A stretch of DNA of 64,000 bases, taken from positions 46,745 to 110,744 of the forward strand of contig CAKNZJ010000249.1 of the NCBI GenBank assembly GCA_932222125.1, written 5' to 3'. This document shows, one piece after another, positions 17,304 to 27,548 of the stretch; the first letter of the stretch is position 1; the number at the start of each line of letters is the position of its first letter. Both the position numbers and the translations under genes were made by a program. Source of the stretch: an uncultured Clostridia bacterium (GTDB lineage: Bacteria > Bacillota > Clostridia > Oscillospirales > Oscillospiraceae). Under the pieces are notes generated by a model. The model saw only the letters and a program-made list of their open reading frames with translations. It was not told the DNA's origin and searched no databases.

Positions 17304-20300
17304 TGCCAAAAGACCAAGGGATTAAAAAGGTACTGGTACTAGGTTCCGGCCCCATTGTCATCGGACAAGCCGCCGAATTTGACTACGCCGGTACCCAGGC
17401 CTGCCGGGCGTTGAAGGAGGAGGGTGTGGAGGTGGTGCTGGTCAACTCCAATCCCGCCACCATTATGACCGATAAGGATATTGCTGACCATGTATACATT
17501 GAGCCGTTGAACATTGCCTCTGTCACCCAGATCATCCAGCAAGAGCGGCCTGACTCTGTGCTGCCCACCTTGGGGGGGCAGACAGGGCTGAACCTGGCCA
17601 TGGCTCTATGCGAGAACGGCACCCTGGACAAGTATGGCGTGCGTCTGCTGGGCACCAGCCCGGAATCAATCCACAAGGCCGAGGACCGTCAGGGCTTTAA
17701 AGACTGCATGGAGGAGATCGGACAGCCCTGTGTCACCTCTGAAGTGGTGGAGAGCGTGGAGGACGCGGTCTGTTTTGCTGGGGAAATTGGCTATCCTGTG
17801 ATTGTCCGTCCGGCTTACACGCTGGGCGGTACCGGCGGCGGCATTGCCTATGATGAGCCCTCTCTGCGGGAGATCGCCGACCGCGGCATCCACCTGTCCC
17901 GGGTGGGACAGGTGCTCATTGAGCGGTGTATCGCCGGTTGGAAAGAGATCGAGTTTGAGGTGATGCGGGACAGCGCTGGCAACGTCATTCAGGTGTGTTC
18001 CATGGAGAATATTGACCCGGTGGGGGTTCACACCGGAGACTCCATTGTAGTGGCTCCTACACAGACACTGGCTAACCGGGAGTTCCAGATGCTGCGGACG
18101 GCAGCGCTGGATATCATTACTGCTCTGGAGATCGAGGGCGGCTGCAACTGTCAGTTTGCCCTCAATCCGGACTCCTATGAATACGCGGTGATTGAGGTAA
18201 ATCCACGGGTGTCCCGCTCTTCTGCCCTGGCGTCTAAAGCCACGGGCTATCCCATTGCCAAGGTGGCCGCTAAGATCGCTTTGGGCTATACCCTGGATGA
18301 GATCCCCAATGTGGTCACTGGTAAGACCACCGCCTGCTTTGAGCCAACCCTGGACTATTGCGTGCTGAAGATACCCCGCCTTCCCTTTGACAAATTCACC
18401 ACCGCCAGCCGCACGCTTGGCACCCAGATGAAAGCCACTGGGGAAGTGATGGCCATCGCTAACTCTTTTGAGGGAGCGCTGATGAAGGCCATTCGCTCCT
18501 TGGAGCTGAATGTCCGGGCGCTGCGGTTGGACAAATTGGATGGGCTGGAGACGGATGAAATTGAAGATCTTCTCCATCAGGTCACCGATGAGCGTCTGTT
18601 CGTGGTGGCGGAGGCCATGCGCAGAGGAATCCCGCTCCAAAAGATCAACCACATCACCAAGATGGATGTCTGGTTTTTGGAGCGCTTCCAGAAGATCATC
18701 CGAATGGAACAGGAGTTGGCTACCTGCGGGGCAGAACTGGATGAAGACACACTGCGCCGGGCCAAGGTGATGTGCTTTGCCGACAGCTACATTGGCAAGC
18801 TGTGCGGGATGGAGCAGAGAGCGGTGAAAGCACTGCGGGAGGGGTATGGTATTGTGCCCGCCTTTAAGGTGGTGGACACCTGCGCTGCCGAGTTTGACGC
18901 GGAAACTCCCTACTACTACTCCTCTTATGACGGGGAGAATGAGGCGGAGTCCGCCGGGGATGGGCGGAAGAAGGTGCTGGTACTTGGCTCCGGCCCCATC
19001 CGAATCGGTCAGGGCATTGAATTTGACTACTGCTCAGTCCATTCTGTATGGGCGTTTCGCAATCTGGGATATGAGACCATTATTGTCAACAACAATCCAG
19101 AGACGGTTTCCACCGACTTTGACGTAGCTGACAAGCTGTATTTTGAGCCCCTCACCGCCGAGGATGTACAGAGCATCGTAGAACAGGAAAAGCCCTGGGG
19201 AGCGGTGGTTCAGTTTGGCGGGCAGACGGCCATCAAGCTGGCAAAGGCCTTAACCGATATGGGGGTGCCCATTTTAGGCACCTCCTCCGATGGGGTGGAT
19301 GCCGCTGAGGACCGAGAACGCTTTGATGAGATATTGCAAAAATGCGGTATCCCCAGGGCAAAGGGTAAGACCATCTTCACCACACAGGAGGCGCTGGACG
19401 CCGCCCATGAGCTGGGCTATCCGGTGCTGGTGCGGCCATCCTATGTTCTGGGAGGACAGGGCATGGAGATTGCCTACAATGACCGGAATATTGAGGAGTT
19501 CATGCGTATCATCAATATGACCGTGCAGGAGCATCCCATCCTGGTGGATAAGTATCTCATGGGCCGGGAGCTGGAGGTGGACGGCGTCTATGATGGGGAG
19601 GATATTCTCATCCCCGGCATCATGGAGCATCTGGAGCGGGCCGGAGTGCACTCGGGGGACTCCATCGCGGTCTACCCACCCCTCCATTTGGAGGATAAGC
19701 ACCGTGAGCTGATTTTGCGCCACACCAAAAACATGGCCAAGCACCTGGGAGTCATCGGCCTGATCAATGCTCAGTATATCCTGTATAACGATGATATCTA
19801 TGTTATTGAGGTCAATCCCCGCTCATCCCGGACGATCCCTTATATCTCCAAGGTAACCGGGGTGCCTATCATTGATTTAGCGACCAAGGTTATGCTGGGT
19901 GGGAAGCTGCGGGACTTGGAGTATGGCACCGGCATTTACCGGCAGGCCAGCTACTATGCGGTCAAGGCCCCGGTGTTCTCCTTTGAGAAGCTGACTGATG
20001 TGGACACCGGCTTGGGGCCTGAGATGAAGTCTACCGGCGAGGTGCTAGGCCTGGCTGAGACCTATCCTCAGGCGTTGATGAAGGCGCTGAAGGGAGCGGG
20101 GATGCGGGCGCCCAAGAAGGGCGGGCGGATCATCGTCACGGTGAAGGATGAGGACAAGCGGGAGCTGCTCTCCATCGCCAGGGGATTTGAAGAGATGGGG
20201 GTAGAGCTATACGCCACCTCCGGGACCTGTGATTTCCTTAACCAGGGGGGCATTGCCTGTAACCGGGTGAACCGGGTGAGCCAGTCCCATCCAAATATTC

Positions 20301-20512
20301 TGGACATGATTGGATCGGGCACGGTAGACTTGGTCATCAATACGCCCACAAAGGGCCGTAAGCAGGATACCGATGGCTTCCGCATCCGCCGGGCCACGGT
20401 GGAGCACTCGGTGGCCTGTGTCACTGCCATTGATACAGCCCGGGCGCTGTTGACCGTGCGGACACAGGGCTGCGCCGCTGAGCTGCGCCCCATTGACATC
20501 ACTAAGATTTAA
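17300..20512 (+). CDS. carB: carbamoyl-phosphate synthase large subunit
   Basis: 1070 aa, duplicated ATP-grasp halves and a C-terminal MGS-like domain. Overlaps the carA stop. Confidence 0.95.
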   Translation: MMPKDQGIKKVLVLGSGPIVIGQAAEFDYAGTQACRALKEEGVEVVLVNSNPATIMTDKDIADHVYIEPLNIASVTQIIQQERPDSVLPTLGGQTGLNLAMALCENGTLDKYGVRLLGTSPESIHKAEDRQGFKDCMEEIGQPCVTSEVVESVEDAVCFAGEIGYPVIVRPAYTLGGTGGGIAYDEPSLREIADRGIHLSRVGQVLIERCIAGWKEIEFEVMRDSAGNVIQVCSMENIDPVGVHTGDSIVVAPTQTLANREFQMLRTAALDIITALEIEGGCNCQFALNPDSYEYAVIEVNPRVSRSSALASKATGYPIAKVAAKIALGYTLDEIPNVVTGKTTACFEPTLDYCVLKIPRLPFDKFTTASRTLGTQMKATGEVMAIANSFEGALMKAIRSLELNVRALRLDKLDGLETDEIEDLLHQVTDERLFVVAEAMRRGIPLQKINHITKMDVWFLERFQKIIRMEQELATCGAELDEDTLRRAKVMCFADSYIGKLCGMEQRAVKALREGYGIVPAFKVVDTCAAEFDAETPYYYSSYDGENEAESAGDGRKKVLVLGSGPIRIGQGIEFDYCSVHSVWAFRNLGYETIIVNNNPETVSTDFDVADKLYFEPLTAEDVQSIVEQEKPWGAVVQFGGQTAIKLAKALTDMGVPILGTSSDGVDAAEDRERFDEILQKCGIPRAKGKTIFTTQEALDAAHELGYPVLVRPSYVLGGQGMEIAYNDRNIEEFMRIINMTVQEHPILVDKYLMGRELEVDGVYDGEDILIPGIMEHLERAGVHSGDSIAVYPPLHLEDKHRELILRHTKNMAKHLGVIGLINAQYILYNDDIYVIEVNPRSSRTIPYISKVTGVPIIDLATKVMLGGKLRDLEYGTGIYRQASYYAVKAPVFSFEKLTDVDTGLGPEMKSTGEVLGLAETYPQALMKALKGAGMRAPKKGGRIIVTVKDEDKRELLSIARGFEEMGVELYATSGTCDFLNQGGIACNRVNRVSQSHPNILDMIGSGTVDLVINTPTKGRKQDTDGFRIRRATVEHSVACVTAIDTARALLTVRTQGCAAELRPIDITKI

Positions 20513-20567
20513 CGGCGGCAATATGCTTACCTGATGAGGAACTAGAGAGGGATAGGAGGGATCGTCT

Positions 20568-22109
20568 GTGTCTCATCAAACCGTTATTGTTCTGGACTTC
20601 GGGGGTCAATATAACCAGCTCATTGCGAGGCGTGTGAGAGAGTGCGGCGTGTACTGTGAGATCAAGCCATACACCACTGCGCTGGCTGAGCTGAAGGCCA
20701 TGGAGCCTATTGGCATTATTTTCACCGGGGGGCCAAACTCCGTCTATCTGGATAAGGCGCCCCGGGTGGACCAGGAGATTTTCACCTGGGGGATACCCAT
20801 TTTGGGTATCTGCTATGGCTGTCAGTTGATTGCCCATGCTTTGGGAGGGCAGGTCACTGAGGCCCAGGATGAATCAGCCCGGGAGTATGGGAAGACCCGC
20901 ACCTATTTTGATACCTCTTGCAAATTGTTCCGGGGATTGCCTGCGGAAGGGGTCACCTGGATGAGCCATGGGGACTATATGGAGGAGGTGCCGGAGGGAT
21001 TTGCCCTGATGGCCCGCTCCGATGCCTGCCCAAACGTGGCCATTGCCGATGAGGGCCGGGGCTTCTATGGCGTTCAGTACCACCCAGAGGTAAACCATAC
21101 GGAGAACGGTGTGGCGATGATTCGCAACTTCCTCTATGAGGTGTGTGGGGCTGTGGGAGACTGGTTCATGGAGGACTACAAGCGTTCTGCTATCCTTGCC
21201 ATCCGGGAGAAGGTGGGGGACGGCAGGGTGCTGCTGGCCCTGTCTGGCGGGGTGGATTCCTCTGTTATGGCCGCGCTGCTGGCAGAGTCTATCGGCGGCC
21301 AGCTTACCTGCGTTTTTGTAGATCACGGACTAATGCGTCTGAACGAGGGGGACGAGGTGGAGGAGGCCTTTGCCCCATGGGACATCAACTTTGTCCGGGT
21401 GAATGCGGAGAGGCGGTTTTTGGATAAGCTGGCCGGTGTGTCTGAGCCGGAGCGCAAGCGGAAGATCATCGGGGAGGAGTTTATCCGGGTCTTTGAGGAG
21501 GAGTCCAAAAAGGTGGGCCGAGTGGACTTCTTGGCCCAGGGAACCATCTATCCGGATGTCATTGAGTCCGGAGCTGGGGATGCCGCGGTGATCAAAAGTC
21601 ACCACAATGTGGGTGGTCTGCCTGACACCGTGGATTTCAAGGGACTCATTGAGCCGCTGCGTCTGCTATTTAAGGATGAGGTCCGCCAGCTGGGCCGGGA
21701 GTTGGGACTGCCTGAGTATTTGGTGAGCCGGCAGCCCTTTCCCGGGCCGGGGCTTGCCATTCGCATCATTGGGGAGGTTACAAAGGAGAAGGCAGACTTG
21801 CTGCGCTTAGCGGATTTCATCTTCCGGGATGAACTGGCCCGGGCGGGGGAGGATAAGCGGCTGAATCAATCCTTTGCGGTGCTCACCGATACCCGCTCTG
21901 TAGGGGTGATGGGCGATGGGCGGACCTATGACTACGCCCTGGCGCTTCGGGCAGTGACCACCAGTGATTTTATGACTGCCAACTGGGCCAGGATTCCCTA
22001 CGAGCTGCTGGATCGGATCAGCACTAGGATTATCAACGAGGTTCAGGGGATCAATCGAGTGTGTTATGATATTACCTCTAAGCCCCCGGCGACCATTGAG
22101 TGGGAATAA
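20568..22109 (+). CDS. guaA: GMP synthase (glutamine-hydrolysing)
   Basis: GTG start behind GGAGGG. GATase domain, PP-loop SGGVDSSV, and a C-terminal ending ...PPATIEWE. Confidence 0.95.
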   Translation: MSHQTVIVLDFGGQYNQLIARRVRECGVYCEIKPYTTALAELKAMEPIGIIFTGGPNSVYLDKAPRVDQEIFTWGIPILGICYGCQLIAHALGGQVTEAQDESAREYGKTRTYFDTSCKLFRGLPAEGVTWMSHGDYMEEVPEGFALMARSDACPNVAIADEGRGFYGVQYHPEVNHTENGVAMIRNFLYEVCGAVGDWFMEDYKRSAILAIREKVGDGRVLLALSGGVDSSVMAALLAESIGGQLTCVFVDHGLMRLNEGDEVEEAFAPWDINFVRVNAERRFLDKLAGVSEPERKRKIIGEEFIRVFEEESKKVGRVDFLAQGTIYPDVIESGAGDAAVIKSHHNVGGLPDTVDFKGLIEPLRLLFKDEVRQLGRELGLPEYLVSRQPFPGPGLAIRIIGEVTKEKADLLRLADFIFRDELARAGEDKRLNQSFAVLTDTRSVGVMGDGRTYDYALALRAVTTSDFMTANWARIPYELLDRISTRIINEVQGINRVCYDITSKPPATIEWE

Positions 22110-22124
22110 AGCTAAAAACAATGT

Positions 22125-22148
22125 AAACCCGTATGAATATGGGTTTTT
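22125..22148 (+). terminator. candidate terminator after guaA
   Basis: AAACCCGTAT ga ATATGGGTTT followed by TT; one G-T pair in the stem. Confidence 0.5.
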
Positions 22149-22258
22149 GACCTGTCGTTTTGCCTTGTGATACTGGTTTGATACGATTCGTGTCAGGCCG
22201 GTACGCAAGAGAATGATTGCAGTGGTTACCGGATAAGCTTGGCTCAGGTGGTGAACTC

Positions 22259-23677
22259 ATGGTTTTCAGCAGCATTTTGTTTCTATTATTTTTCCTGCCT
22301 GCGTTATGTCTCTGTTATTTTTGTCTGCCTGCAAGGTTCCGTGCCGCAAGAAATATTATGCTGCTGGTATTCAGCCTGTTTTTCTATGCCTGCGGGGGGA
22401 CGGACTATCTGCCTATTCTGCTCTCCTCCATTGCTGTCAACTACCTGTGCGGCGTGCTGGCAGATTCAAAATGCTCCAAAGCAGTCCGCCGGATTGGTCT
22501 GTGGACGGCGGTAGCTTTCGGAATTGGGATGCTTGGCTGGTTCAAATATGCTGGATTCCTGGCCTGGAACCTCAATGCCCTGGGCGCCGGACTGGCCGTA
22601 CCTCAGATTGTGCTCCCTATCGGAATTTCCTTTTTCACTTTTCAGGGGCTGAGCTATGTTATCGACGTGTACCGTGGGGACGCCCAGTACCAGCGCAACC
22701 CCCTCTATGTGGCGCTCTATGTGGCTCTGTTTCCACAGCTGGTGGCGGGGCCCATTGTGCGCTATTCCACCGTGGCACAGGAAATGATTGGCCGCAAGGA
22801 GACCCTGTCTGAGTTCTCCTCGGGGGCCGTCCGGTTCCTGTTTGGGCTGGGCAAAAAGATGCTGTTGGCCAATGCCATGGGCGAGATTGCCGATGGTGTG
22901 TTTGCCCAATTGCCCCAAACGATGGCAGCTTCGTTGGCGTGGCTGGGTGCGGCGGCCTACACCCTCCAGATCTATTTTGATTTCTCTGCTTATTCGGACA
23001 TGGCCATTGGCCTTGGCCGGATGTTTGGCTTTCACTTTTTGGAGAACTTTAACTATCCCTACATCTCCAGGTCGGTAACTGAGTTTTGGCGGCGGTGGCA
23101 CATCTCGCTGTCCACTTGGTTCCGGGACTATGTCTATATCCCCCTGAGCGGCAGCCGCTGCGCACGCTGGCGTAGTATGCTCAATCTGGCGGCGGTGTGG
23201 ATGCTCACCGGGCTGTGGCACGGGGCGGAGTGGACCTTTGTGCTGTGGGGCGGATGGTTTTTCCTTCTGCTGTCGGGGGAGAAACTGCTATGGGGTAAGG
23301 CGTTGGAGCGTCTGCCTCGGGCCGCGCAGCACGGCTGCACACTTTTGGCGGTCATGCTCGGTTGGGTGCTATTCCGATCCCCTGATGCCGTCTACGCCGG
23401 GGGCTATTTTGCCGCCATGCTGGGTCTGGGTGGTGGAGCGGCAGACGGGCAGACGGTTTACTATCTTTTGGAATACTGGCCGGAGTGGATTGTCTGCGTT
23501 ATTGCCGCTCTCCCAGTAAAGGTTTGGCTGGAAAGGCGGCTTCCAGAGGATGGGACAAGCCCTGGGGCGTTGATCCGAGTATGGGGCCCCAAGCTGGCCG
23601 TATTGATCCTGTTGGCGCTCTCTTATGGAAAACTTGCCACTGGTAGCTTTAATCCTTTCATTTACTTTCAATTCTGA
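22259..23677 (+). CDS. MBOAT family O-acyltransferase (AlgI/DltB/PatA-like)
   Basis: ATG 22259 behind AGGTGG. Polytopic, with the conserved WRRWHISLSTWFRDYVYIPL histidine region. Confidence 0.85.
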   Translation: MVFSSILFLLFFLPALCLCYFCLPARFRAARNIMLLVFSLFFYACGGTDYLPILLSSIAVNYLCGVLADSKCSKAVRRIGLWTAVAFGIGMLGWFKYAGFLAWNLNALGAGLAVPQIVLPIGISFFTFQGLSYVIDVYRGDAQYQRNPLYVALYVALFPQLVAGPIVRYSTVAQEMIGRKETLSEFSSGAVRFLFGLGKKMLLANAMGEIADGVFAQLPQTMAASLAWLGAAAYTLQIYFDFSAYSDMAIGLGRMFGFHFLENFNYPYISRSVTEFWRRWHISLSTWFRDYVYIPLSGSRCARWRSMLNLAAVWMLTGLWHGAEWTFVLWGGWFFLLLSGEKLLWGKALERLPRAAQHGCTLLAVMLGWVLFRSPDAVYAGGYFAAMLGLGGGAADGQTVYYLLEYWPEWIVCVIAALPVKVWLERRLPEDGTSPGALIRVWGPKLAVLILLALSYGKLATGSFNPFIYFQF

Positions 23678-23692
23678 GGAGGGCATACGGGC

Positions 23693-24871
23693 ATGAAGCG
23701 AATCGCAGAGCTTTTTATGACCGTCTGCTTTTTGGGCATTCTGGCAGCAGGACTGGTCGTTACCTTGGCCCGGGAGCCGGAGGCCGTCTCATTTTGGGAG
23801 AACCGTAGTTTGGCGGAATTCCCAGAGTATTCCGCCAAGTCCGTGGGAAATGGAAGCTATACCACACAGATTGAGGAATACCTGTCCGACCACGCCGCCC
23901 TGCGCACCACCCTGCTCATGGCTAAGGCCCGGCTCGACGTGGCACTCCGCCGTCCGGTGGTCAACGATGTGGTGGTGACGGAGCACAGTCTGCTCCCCTA
24001 CCTTCCATATGAAACGGTAGACCCAGCGAAGATCGACACTTGGGCGGTGGCAATGGCAGATCGGCTGGAGCGTATTAACGATACGGTGACAGGATATGGG
24101 GGCTATTTCTGCTATACGGCAGTTCCCTGCCAAGCAGTTTCTCTGGCCGAAGATTATCCCTGGTATCTGAACAATGGGGAGCAGCTCAATCAGGCAAAGG
24201 CCGCCGCCCTTTCCAAAGTCATGGAGGAACGGGGCATCCCCTTCCTAAATGTGGAGACCGCGCTGGGGAAGACAGGTGGCTCATCCCGGTACGCCTCCCG
24301 GGTGGATAACCACTATTCCATGGAGGGGGCCTTTGAAACCTACCGGCTGGTGATGGAAAAGGTAAAGGCGGAAACCGAGCTGGAATTTTCCATCCTGGGG
24401 GCGGAGGACGTGGAGTTGGTGACCCTGCCTAACGGCTACATGGGTTCCAGGGAGCGCAAGCTGCTTCATGCGGCTCAGCGGGAGGAGCAGCTGTCCATTT
24501 TCCTCCCTCGGCAGGAGGTTCCCTATACCAGGACGGACAATAGGGTTCCCGTTGGGGCCTTTGTTTATGAGTTGCCCGCCTCCGATGCAGGCGAAGTGAC
24601 CTACAACCTATATATGGGCGGTGATGTCGCCAACACTGTTCTGGACACGGGGCGGGACGAGCGGCCCAGCATTCTCATTTACGGGGACAGCTTCACGAAT
24701 CCTGTGGAGTGCCTGACTTACCTCAGCTTCGATGAGATGCACTCTCTGGACCTGCGGCATTACCAGGAGATGAGCCTGGAGGATTATATCCAGCAGGTGC
24801 GGCCGGAGGTGGTGGTGTGCATTCGGGATTATGACTTTTTGCTGGACCCGGAGGGGAATGGAGGAGGATGA
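23693..24871 (+). CDS. membrane-anchored AlgX/AlgJ/DHHW-like partner of the MBOAT protein
   Basis: Single N-terminal TM helix, VDNHYSMEG where the family normally has D-x-H-W, and YGDSFTN. Sits directly downstream of the MBOAT gene. Confidence 0.6.
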   Translation: MKRIAELFMTVCFLGILAAGLVVTLAREPEAVSFWENRSLAEFPEYSAKSVGNGSYTTQIEEYLSDHAALRTTLLMAKARLDVALRRPVVNDVVVTEHSLLPYLPYETVDPAKIDTWAVAMADRLERINDTVTGYGGYFCYTAVPCQAVSLAEDYPWYLNNGEQLNQAKAAALSKVMEERGIPFLNVETALGKTGGSSRYASRVDNHYSMEGAFETYRLVMEKVKAETELEFSILGAEDVELVTLPNGYMGSRERKLLHAAQREEQLSIFLPRQEVPYTRTDNRVPVGAFVYELPASDAGEVTYNLYMGGDVANTVLDTGRDERPSILIYGDSFTNPVECLTYLSFDEMHSLDLRHYQEMSLEDYIQQVRPEVVVCIRDYDFLLDPEGNGGG

Positions 24872-24960
24872 GTATTGCAGCGATTCTGCGTCTTTGGGAC
24901 GTCTTGCTCGCGAAAGGGAGATCAAGAAGTGATAGAAATGCTTCAATGGAAACGGGCAGG

Positions 24961-24990
24961 AGGGTGCGCAGTCTTGCGCACCCTCTTTGA
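24961..24990 (+). terminator. terminator of the MBOAT operon
   Basis: AGGGTGCGCA gtct TGCGCACCCT followed by CTTTGA. Confidence 0.7.
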
Positions 24991-25041
24991 ATGGCGCCAC
25001 ATCTACAACAGCTGTGGACACAAGTGTGTGCAGATTTTTTA

Positions 25042-25071
25042 TTGACAGGATCGCCTAATGTCCCTTATAAT
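25042..25071 (+). promoter_or_regulatory. candidate promoter of the CNNM/CorC gene
   Basis: TTGACA, an 18-nt spacer, then TATAAT. Confidence 0.5.
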
Positions 25072-25172
25072 GTATCTACTTATCGGAAAGGATTGGGGGA
25101 TTATAGGCAGCATGGACAGTGACAGTAGCTGTGAGGGGAACTGCAGTAATTTTGTATACCATTGTCTTTGTT

Positions 25173-25224
25173 TAGCATATCTGCGCGGCTAAAGAGCAGT
25201 GCAGGTATGCTATTTTGCGTTTTT
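25173..25224 (+). terminator. intrinsic terminator inside the 5' leader of the CNNM/CorC gene
   Basis: TAGCATATCTGC (25173-25184) pairs with GCAGGTATGCTA (25201-25212). It is followed by TTTTGCGTTTTT and ends 64 nt before the ATG. Confidence 0.6.
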
Positions 25225-25288
25225 GGGCTATTTCCCAAAGTGGACACCAGCGGTACAAACTGAACAACCATAAAGGAGTTATACTTTT

Positions 25289-26521
25289 ATGCCAAGCACC
25301 TTTACATATGTCGTGATCATGGTGGTCCTGGTTTTGTTTTCCGCCTACTTTTCGGCAACAGAGACCGCCTTCTCATCGCTGAACCGTACAAGACTGAAAA
25401 CTTTGGTGGAAAAGGGAGACCGGAAAGCCGCAGGCGCTTACAGGCTCTCAGAGCAGTATGACAAGCTCATTTCAACCATTCTGATTGGGAACAATATCGT
25501 AAATATTGCTACCGCGTCGTTGGGCACGGTGCTGTTTGTCCGGCTCTGCGGGGATATTGGGCCAACGGTTTCCACCGTGGTGGTCACAGTGGTGGTGCTG
25601 ATTTTTGGAGAAATCGCCCCCAAAAGCATTGCCAAGGATTGCCCCGAGCGCTTTGCCATGTTTGCAGCGCCATTTCTCAGAATGTTGATGTGGGTGCTGA
25701 CTCCGCTGAATGTAATATTCTACCACTGGAAAAGGCTGCTTTCCCGCATTTTAAGGTCAAAGGCTGACACAAAAATGTCCCAGGAGGAATTGCTGATGCT
25801 GGTGACAGAGGTGCAGCAGGATGGCAGCATTGACAAAGACGAAGGGGAGCTGCTTCGCAACGCCATTGAGTTTACCGAGCGGGAGGCTGGGGATATTCTT
25901 ACCCACCGGGTCGACCTGGTGGGTGTACCAATGGATGTTTCTAAGGAAGAATTGGGTCAAATGTTCTCTCAATCAAAATTTTCACGAATTTTGGTGTATG
26001 AAAACACCATAGACAATGTAGTGGGCGTAGTTCGTCAGAAGGATTTTTATACCGGTTCTGGAATCACAGAGCAGGAGATCAGAGAAATTGTGGCGCCGGT
26101 TGCCTATGTGCTGAAAAGCGCGAAAATCAGTTCCCTCATGCGCCTCCTCCAGAAGGGAGAGACGCATATGGCGGTTGTTCTGGATGAATACGGCGGAACC
26201 TGTGGAATTGTGACAATGGAGGATATTTTGGAGGAGCTGGTGGGTGAGATTTGGGACGAACATGATGAAATTACGGAAATGTTTTACAAGATGGGTGAGC
26301 ATAGATACCGGGTAAATGGCAGCGTTGATTTGGATGATGTGTGTCATTTTTTTCAGATCAAAATCAATTCAGAAATGATTTCACTAAGCGGATGGGTGAT
26401 GCAGCAAATTGGAAAGATACCTGGGGTAGGGGACAATTTTCAGTATGAACCGCTGGAGATAACAGTGACATCTATGGATGGCCATAAGGTGGCGGAAGTG
26501 GAGATCAAGGTGAACCGATAA
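25289..26521 (+). CDS. CNNM/HlyC-CorC family transporter (DUF21 - CBS pair - CorC_HlyC)
   Basis: Four N-terminal TM helices, a CBS pair and a C-terminal CorC domain. Confidence 0.85.
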   Translation: MPSTFTYVVIMVVLVLFSAYFSATETAFSSLNRTRLKTLVEKGDRKAAGAYRLSEQYDKLISTILIGNNIVNIATASLGTVLFVRLCGDIGPTVSTVVVTVVVLIFGEIAPKSIAKDCPERFAMFAAPFLRMLMWVLTPLNVIFYHWKRLLSRILRSKADTKMSQEELLMLVTEVQQDGSIDKDEGELLRNAIEFTEREAGDILTHRVDLVGVPMDVSKEELGQMFSQSKFSRILVYENTIDNVVGVVRQKDFYTGSGITEQEIREIVAPVAYVLKSAKISSLMRLLQKGETHMAVVLDEYGGTCGIVTMEDILEELVGEIWDEHDEITEMFYKMGEHRYRVNGSVDLDDVCHFFQIKINSEMISLSGWVMQQIGKIPGVGDNFQYEPLEITVTSMDGHKVAEVEIKVNR

Positions 26522-26536
26522 CTGCGTGGACGCATG

Positions 26537-26572
26537 AAGAGGAACGGACATGTGATCATGCCCGTTCCTCTT
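26537..26572. terminator. hairpin after the CNNM gene (no clear U-tract)
   Basis: AAGAGGAACGG (26537-26547) pairs with CCGTTCCTCTT (26562-26572). Confidence 0.45.
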
Positions 26573-26717
26573 GCCTTGAACAAAGCCCCCAAATCTTCTA
26601 GTTCAGATGGGCCAGAAAAAACGCCTTCATTTTATTCAGATGATCCTTGCGTCTCATATAACGTTGCTGCATTTGGTACACCAGATAGTCCAGGCAGTCA
26701 ATCTTTTTCTGCTCTCT

Positions 26718-27319
26718 ATGCCAGCGCTCTAATAAGCGCTGGCGGTAGAAAGGGAACAGACAATCTCTGGAGCGGCACAGTCGTTGCACATGACTCAGCC
26801 GCCGCTGTCAAGGTAGCTGATGGAGTTGGAAAACGAGTTGGGGAAACAGATTTTTGTGCGAGGTAGGCGAATCATCCTCACCAAAGAGGGCATGATCTTG
26901 CGGAAACGGGAGGAGGAGATCGTCTCGCTGATGGAAAAGACCAAAGCGGAGGTGAGTTCTTCCGATGAGAGCATCGGTGGCGATATCTATATTGGCGGGG
27001 GTGAAACGGAGGGGATGCGGCTGATCGTAAAACAGTCAGGCAGGTACAAAAGCGCCATCCTAATATCCGGTTCCGCTTTTTCAGCGGAGACGGCTATGAT
27101 GTGACGGAATGGTTAGACCGGGGAATGACTGATTTTGGCACTCTGATTGAGCTGGTTGACCTGTCTGGTGATACCTGCCTTTGCTTTCGCCCACTGGAGC
27201 CAAGGCTGGAATCCTGGATGTACCTCGCCTGGAAGAAGTATCAGGTGTTTGCCAGCGCGGCGGAAGTGTTTCTGGATTGTCTGAAAAAGAGCCCATCCGT
27301 TGCCTTATATATGGAATGA
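26718..27319 (+). pseudogene. decayed LysR-family regulator
   Basis: The HTH remnant reads AVEREQTISGAAQSLHMTQPPLSR, then TAG (26814-26816), then LMELENELG. There is a frameshift near 27035-27045 (LIVKQ / VQKRHPNIRF). The co-inducer domain is shortened and ends LAWKKYQVFASAAEVFLDCL. Confidence 0.7.
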
Positions 27320-27548
27320 GCGCAGGTGCCTTCACAAGAAGCGAACATGGGAATAGAGGATCAATCCATAAAGTATTGATTTGCCAGTGTGTATATGCTA
27401 CACTGAACTTCACGCTAGAATAGTTTGCCAACATTGTGGGAACGTTCACACCCTCTTGGGTGTGGGTTGTGCGGAAAGCACTGGGGCAGCGCCGTTTTTG
27501 GGGTGGCCAATTCCGGTGACGCGCTATCTGTGACGGAGGGATATGGGA

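Noticed and set aside
17666-18652. Long antisense ORFs inside well-supported genes. Examples: 17666-18652 in carB, 40314-41348 in icd, 28823-29929 in the ABC permease, 35586-36290 in trpB, 51619-52302 in potA and 22466-23221 in the MBOAT gene.
   Set aside because: These are the usual stop-poor antisense frames of GC-rich coding DNA. They have Arg/Gly/His/Pro-rich nonsense composition and no RBS.
26598-26789. 63-aa minus-strand ORF opposite the LysR remnant, considered as a remnant of a divergent gene
   Set aside because: It overlaps the recognisable LysR HTH coding remnant on the other strand and has no motif I recognise.
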